From NCBI GenBank assembly GCA_965219995.1, contig CBDCOX010000002.1, positions 3,392,001 through 3,456,000 of the forward strand: a DNA stretch of 64,000 bases. Direction: 5' to 3'. A program made the position numbers and the translations under genes. Numbering within the stretch: position 1 is the stretch's first letter; every line of letters starts with the position of its first letter. This stretch comes from Candidatus Latescibacterota bacterium. GTDB taxonomy: Bacteria; Latescibacterota; UBA2968; GCA-2709665. The notes under the pieces are model-generated. The model was given only the letters and a program-made list of their open reading frames with translations. It had not been told where the DNA came from and did not search any database. Positions 61,076-64,000 of this stretch are shown here, piece by piece.

Positions 61076-62410
61076 CTAATAAACCGCGGCCGTCAGCGAC
61101 CCCCGGTTTGACTCGTCACGGTACGCCTCATAGAGATGCGGCCGGCGCTGCATCCAATTTACCTCACGGAAGCACCCCCCGTTCCAGGTCCGATACCCGT
61201 CGGCCAGGTCTACCGTCGCCAGAATGTGGTCGCTGTCTCCTTCATTCCACGCCAGGATGTCGCCCTTTCTGTCCACCACACAACTGCCCTGCGTCGTATT
61301 CCGCGCAACCACCATACACACCTGATTGTCCATCGCGCGAGTTCGCATGATAGCCTTCCAACGGTCCTCGCTGAAGATCGGCGACCCCGGACTCCACCGG
61401 CTGGCGCGGTGATCGCCCATGATCGGCAGCAGGAGGAAGTCCGCCCCGCTCAGTCCCACCATCCGTGAGGATTCCGCGGCTGAGCTGTCCATGCAGATAT
61501 TGCATCCGATTCGTCCGATGACCGTGTCGAACATGGGAAAGCCGTCACCGGGCAGCATCCCGGATTCGCTCTCGCCGCCCACTGCCAGATGTACCTTTCG
61601 ATACCTGCCGTCCACCTCGCCGTCGGGCCCGATAAGTGCCGCCGTATTGTGAACCGCGTCACCGTCCCGTTCGATCAGGCCCAGCAGAAGGTAGAGCGCG
61701 TGACGGCGGGCAAGGTCCGCAAACGGCGCCGTTTCCGGACCGGGCAGCGGTACCGCCAGGTCGATGGGACTCCCCGAAATCCCCCACTGAAGGGCGATTT
61801 CGGGCAAGACAACCAGGTCCGGCCCCGCTTCGCACGCGGCCTTGCACAGCGGCAGATAGTAGTCGATATTCTCGGCAACGGTGGTATAGGGTCCCTTCCG
61901 CGACCCCGCTTTGCCGGTTACGACCGCCACCTTCACCGCCGGGGGCAACTCCGGGGCATCGACAACCCTTACCTTGGGCAAAAGCCACTCGGAATCGCCG
62001 GCGGTTGCCCACCGGAACGTGCCGCGCAACGTCAAGCGGTCGACGCCTTCCGGCGCGGTCATTGTTCTGGAAAACCGGATCGTCCGCGGTCCGGCCGGCT
62101 CCGGCAGGAGGTAATCCCATCCCTTTATGTCTCCCGTACGTACCGTCGCGTCGTCCGGCGGCATCTCCCCCCAGTAGGATTTGCAGCGCAGCGTGTCCCG
62201 CGGGTGGTCAAGAGCCCTGTAATCCACCTCCCACGTTGCCCGTAGCGTCTGACCCTGTTCAATCCCCGAGAATACCGCCTGCCATCCGCCAACGCATGTC
62301 CGTGTTCCATTGGCCGCCGCCGCGAAGGTCTTGCCGTCTCGCTCCGTCAAAGGCGCGGCGGAAGGATGCGGCGCCCAGGGTTCGATCCTCTCCAGTTTCA
62401 GGTCGGCCAT
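61076..62410 (-). CDS. Carbon-nitrogen hydrolase (nitrilase superfamily) with an N-terminal extension
   Basis: Triad motifs VLPE, YRKVHL, NICMD; about 165 extra N-terminal residues. Confidence 0.88.
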   Translation of the reverse strand: MADLKLERIEPWAPHPSAAPLTERDGKTFAAAANGTRTCVGGWQAVFSGIEQGQTLRATWEVDYRALDHPRDTLRCKSYWGEMPPDDATVRTGDIKGWDYLLPEPAGPRTIRFSRTMTAPEGVDRLTLRGTFRWATAGDSEWLLPKVRVVDAPELPPAVKVAVVTGKAGSRKGPYTTVAENIDYYLPLCKAACEAGPDLVVLPEIALQWGISGSPIDLAVPLPGPETAPFADLARRHALYLLLGLIERDGDAVHNTAALIGPDGEVDGRYRKVHLAVGGESESGMLPGDGFPMFDTVIGRIGCNICMDSSAAESSRMVGLSGADFLLLPIMGDHRASRWSPGSPIFSEDRWKAIMRTRAMDNQVCMVVARNTTQGSCVVDRKGDILAWNEGDSDHILATVDLADGYRTWNGGCFREVNWMQRRPHLYEAYRDESNRGSLTAAVY

Positions 62411-62456
62411 TTTTCCTCCATGTGATGAACGCCAATGGCGACGTCGGCGTCGCCAC

Positions 62457-63557
62457 CTAATGATCGCCGGCTTTCAATATTCCATCGACAAACGCATAGG
62501 CTTGTTCACGGATATCCGGCGGAAACGCATGCTCCGCGTCGGGGTGTACAGCCAGCAGACGGCCGGAGGCGCCAAGCAGCGCGTATACGGGCACGGCGGC
62601 CCGGACACAATCTTTCACACCCGACACTTCGAAATTACCGTCCCGTGCAGGTGCGTTGATGAAAAAGCCCCGCGGAGCGAGGGCGGCAACCACCTCCGTG
62701 AAGTCGAACGGCATCCGATTCGGGTCCTTGGCGTAGCGTTCGGATATACGGGGCATATACCCCCGATGGCTCCACCCCGTCAGGTCGCCGTTGTAATATT
62801 TGAAGAACGACGTGAACCCGCAACTGGACACCACAACCTGCAGCCGGGGTTCGAATACGGACAGATACATGGAATTGTGTCCGCCGAGGGAATGGCCGAT
62901 ACACCCGATCCGGCCGCGGTCCACCTCCGGCAGCGACTGAAGCAGGTCCACGGCCCGCATGTGGTTCCAGATCCCTTTCATTGTGGCGCTGGCATACCCA
63001 TTTTGATATGGATCGAATTCGTAATCTCCAAAATTCACATAGTCCGGCGCCAGTGTCACATAGCCCCTGCGCGAAAGTTCCAGCGCATAGTGCAGATCGG
63101 GGATGCCACCCACGCCCGCGGGTTCGCCCTTCCCGATCTTCGTCGTCTGATGCAGGCACAACATTGCCGGCGCCTTGCCATTCAGGTTCTTCGGGACCAG
63201 CAGGTACGCGGGAATCCGGTCCCCCGGTTCCGACAGGTACGTGACTTTCTTCCGTATCACGTCCCCCAGATCCTCGGTCGCGACGACCTCCATCTCCGGC
63301 GCGGGCACGCTGGAACGGTCGGGGAGGGGTCCCATCACTTCCTCCATATTCGCGATGATATGCGCCCGCCGCTTCGCCCAGTGCTCCGCGTTCGTTATCG
63401 CCCGCTCCTTGCCATCCGCGTCCACGTATACCAGTAGATCCATCTTATCCTCATAGAACGGCGGACTTTGCTCGGCATTTGGAACGCCCGCAAGCATCGC
63501 GTACCCGAGGGCCAGCCTGACCGCCCATTGTGAAAACCTGCTCAGAAAAAACACCAT
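62457..63557 (-). CDS. Exported alpha/beta hydrolase (dienelactone hydrolase/acetylxylan esterase-like)
   Basis: IPAYLLVP, PAMLCLHQT, IGHSLGG, ALAPR, HAFP. Confidence 0.85.
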   Translation of the reverse strand: MVFFLSRFSQWAVRLALGYAMLAGVPNAEQSPPFYEDKMDLLVYVDADGKERAITNAEHWAKRRAHIIANMEEVMGPLPDRSSVPAPEMEVVATEDLGDVIRKKVTYLSEPGDRIPAYLLVPKNLNGKAPAMLCLHQTTKIGKGEPAGVGGIPDLHYALELSRRGYVTLAPDYVNFGDYEFDPYQNGYASATMKGIWNHMRAVDLLQSLPEVDRGRIGCIGHSLGGHNSMYLSVFEPRLQVVVSSCGFTSFFKYYNGDLTGWSHRGYMPRISERYAKDPNRMPFDFTEVVAALAPRGFFINAPARDGNFEVSGVKDCVRAAVPVYALLGASGRLLAVHPDAEHAFPPDIREQAYAFVDGILKAGDH

Positions 63558-63604
63558 TCAGAATTCCTCGATGAAGAATCTTGACAGAAATACGAACGGG
63601 CGAC

Positions 63605-64000
63605 TCAACGCGCCGTCCACCCGCCGTCCACAAACAGCGATGTACCCGTCACATAGGTCGACGCGTCGCTGGCGAGAAAGAGGGCGGCGCCGCGGATCTC
63701 GCGCATCTCGCCCCAACGATTGAACGCCGTCTGGTTGAGCAGGCTCTTCACCTTGTCGGGCGTCTTCAGGAGGGGCCTGTTGATCTCTGTCAGAAAGGGT
63801 CCCGGGCAAAGCGCGTTGCACCGCACGCCGAAAGGCGCCCACTCGAGCGCGAGCGCGCGGGTCATGCCGGCGACCCCGGCCTTGGACGAACAATATGCCG
63901 AGCGTTCGGCCAGTCCTACGGCGCTCAGCGTCGATCCCACGTTGATGACCGAACCGCTTTTCTGTGAGGTCATGATCCGCCCCGCTGCCCGGCAGCAGAG
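63605..64000 (-). CDS. SDR family oxidoreductase, 3' part (begins beyond the window end)
   Basis: INVGS, YCSSK, NALCPG, YVTG..LFVDGGW. Confidence 0.9.
   Translation of the reverse strand, partial: LCCRAAGRIMTSQKSGSVINVGSTLSAVGLAERSAYCSSKAGVAGMTRALALEWAPFGVRCNALCPGPFLTEINRPLLKTPDKVKSLLNQTAFNRWGEMREIRGAALFLASDASTYVTGTSLFVDGGWTAR

Overview
GC-rich bacterial chromosomal window, mostly core and metabolic genes: serS, hemE-hemH-hemY, clpP, sat, moaC/moeA, Rne/Rng, rplU-rpmA, mdh, acnA, gpmI, sucC, dnaK, a ccm cytochrome c maturation operon, and an alpha-2-macroglobulin/PBP1C pair. It also holds one tRNA-Lys(CUU). The gene content suggests a diderm, possibly FCB-group organism such as Latescibacterota or Gemmatimonadota (inference only). 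A small accessory stretch (about 24.5-34.2 kb) runs leftwards from the tRNA 3' end. It contains antitoxin remnants, a Fic protein, an unusual voltage-gated channel in frame with an MFS gene across a single TAG, a peptidase/beta-propeller/Omp85 protein and a low-GC HNH nuclease. The most striking unexplained signal is non-coding. Five intergenic loci carry a modular, nested repeat made of heptamer-built inverted arms around a conserved ~70-bp hairpin core. Also present are two MITEs with different ends but a shared internal motif, a 125-bp dispersed repeat, REP-like palindromes, a DnaA-box cluster, and two candidate sigma54 promoters (one before an unannotated 56-aa ORF, one before FmdB-dnaK). 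No CRISPR array, transposase or integrase was seen. All alignments and counts were done by eye.
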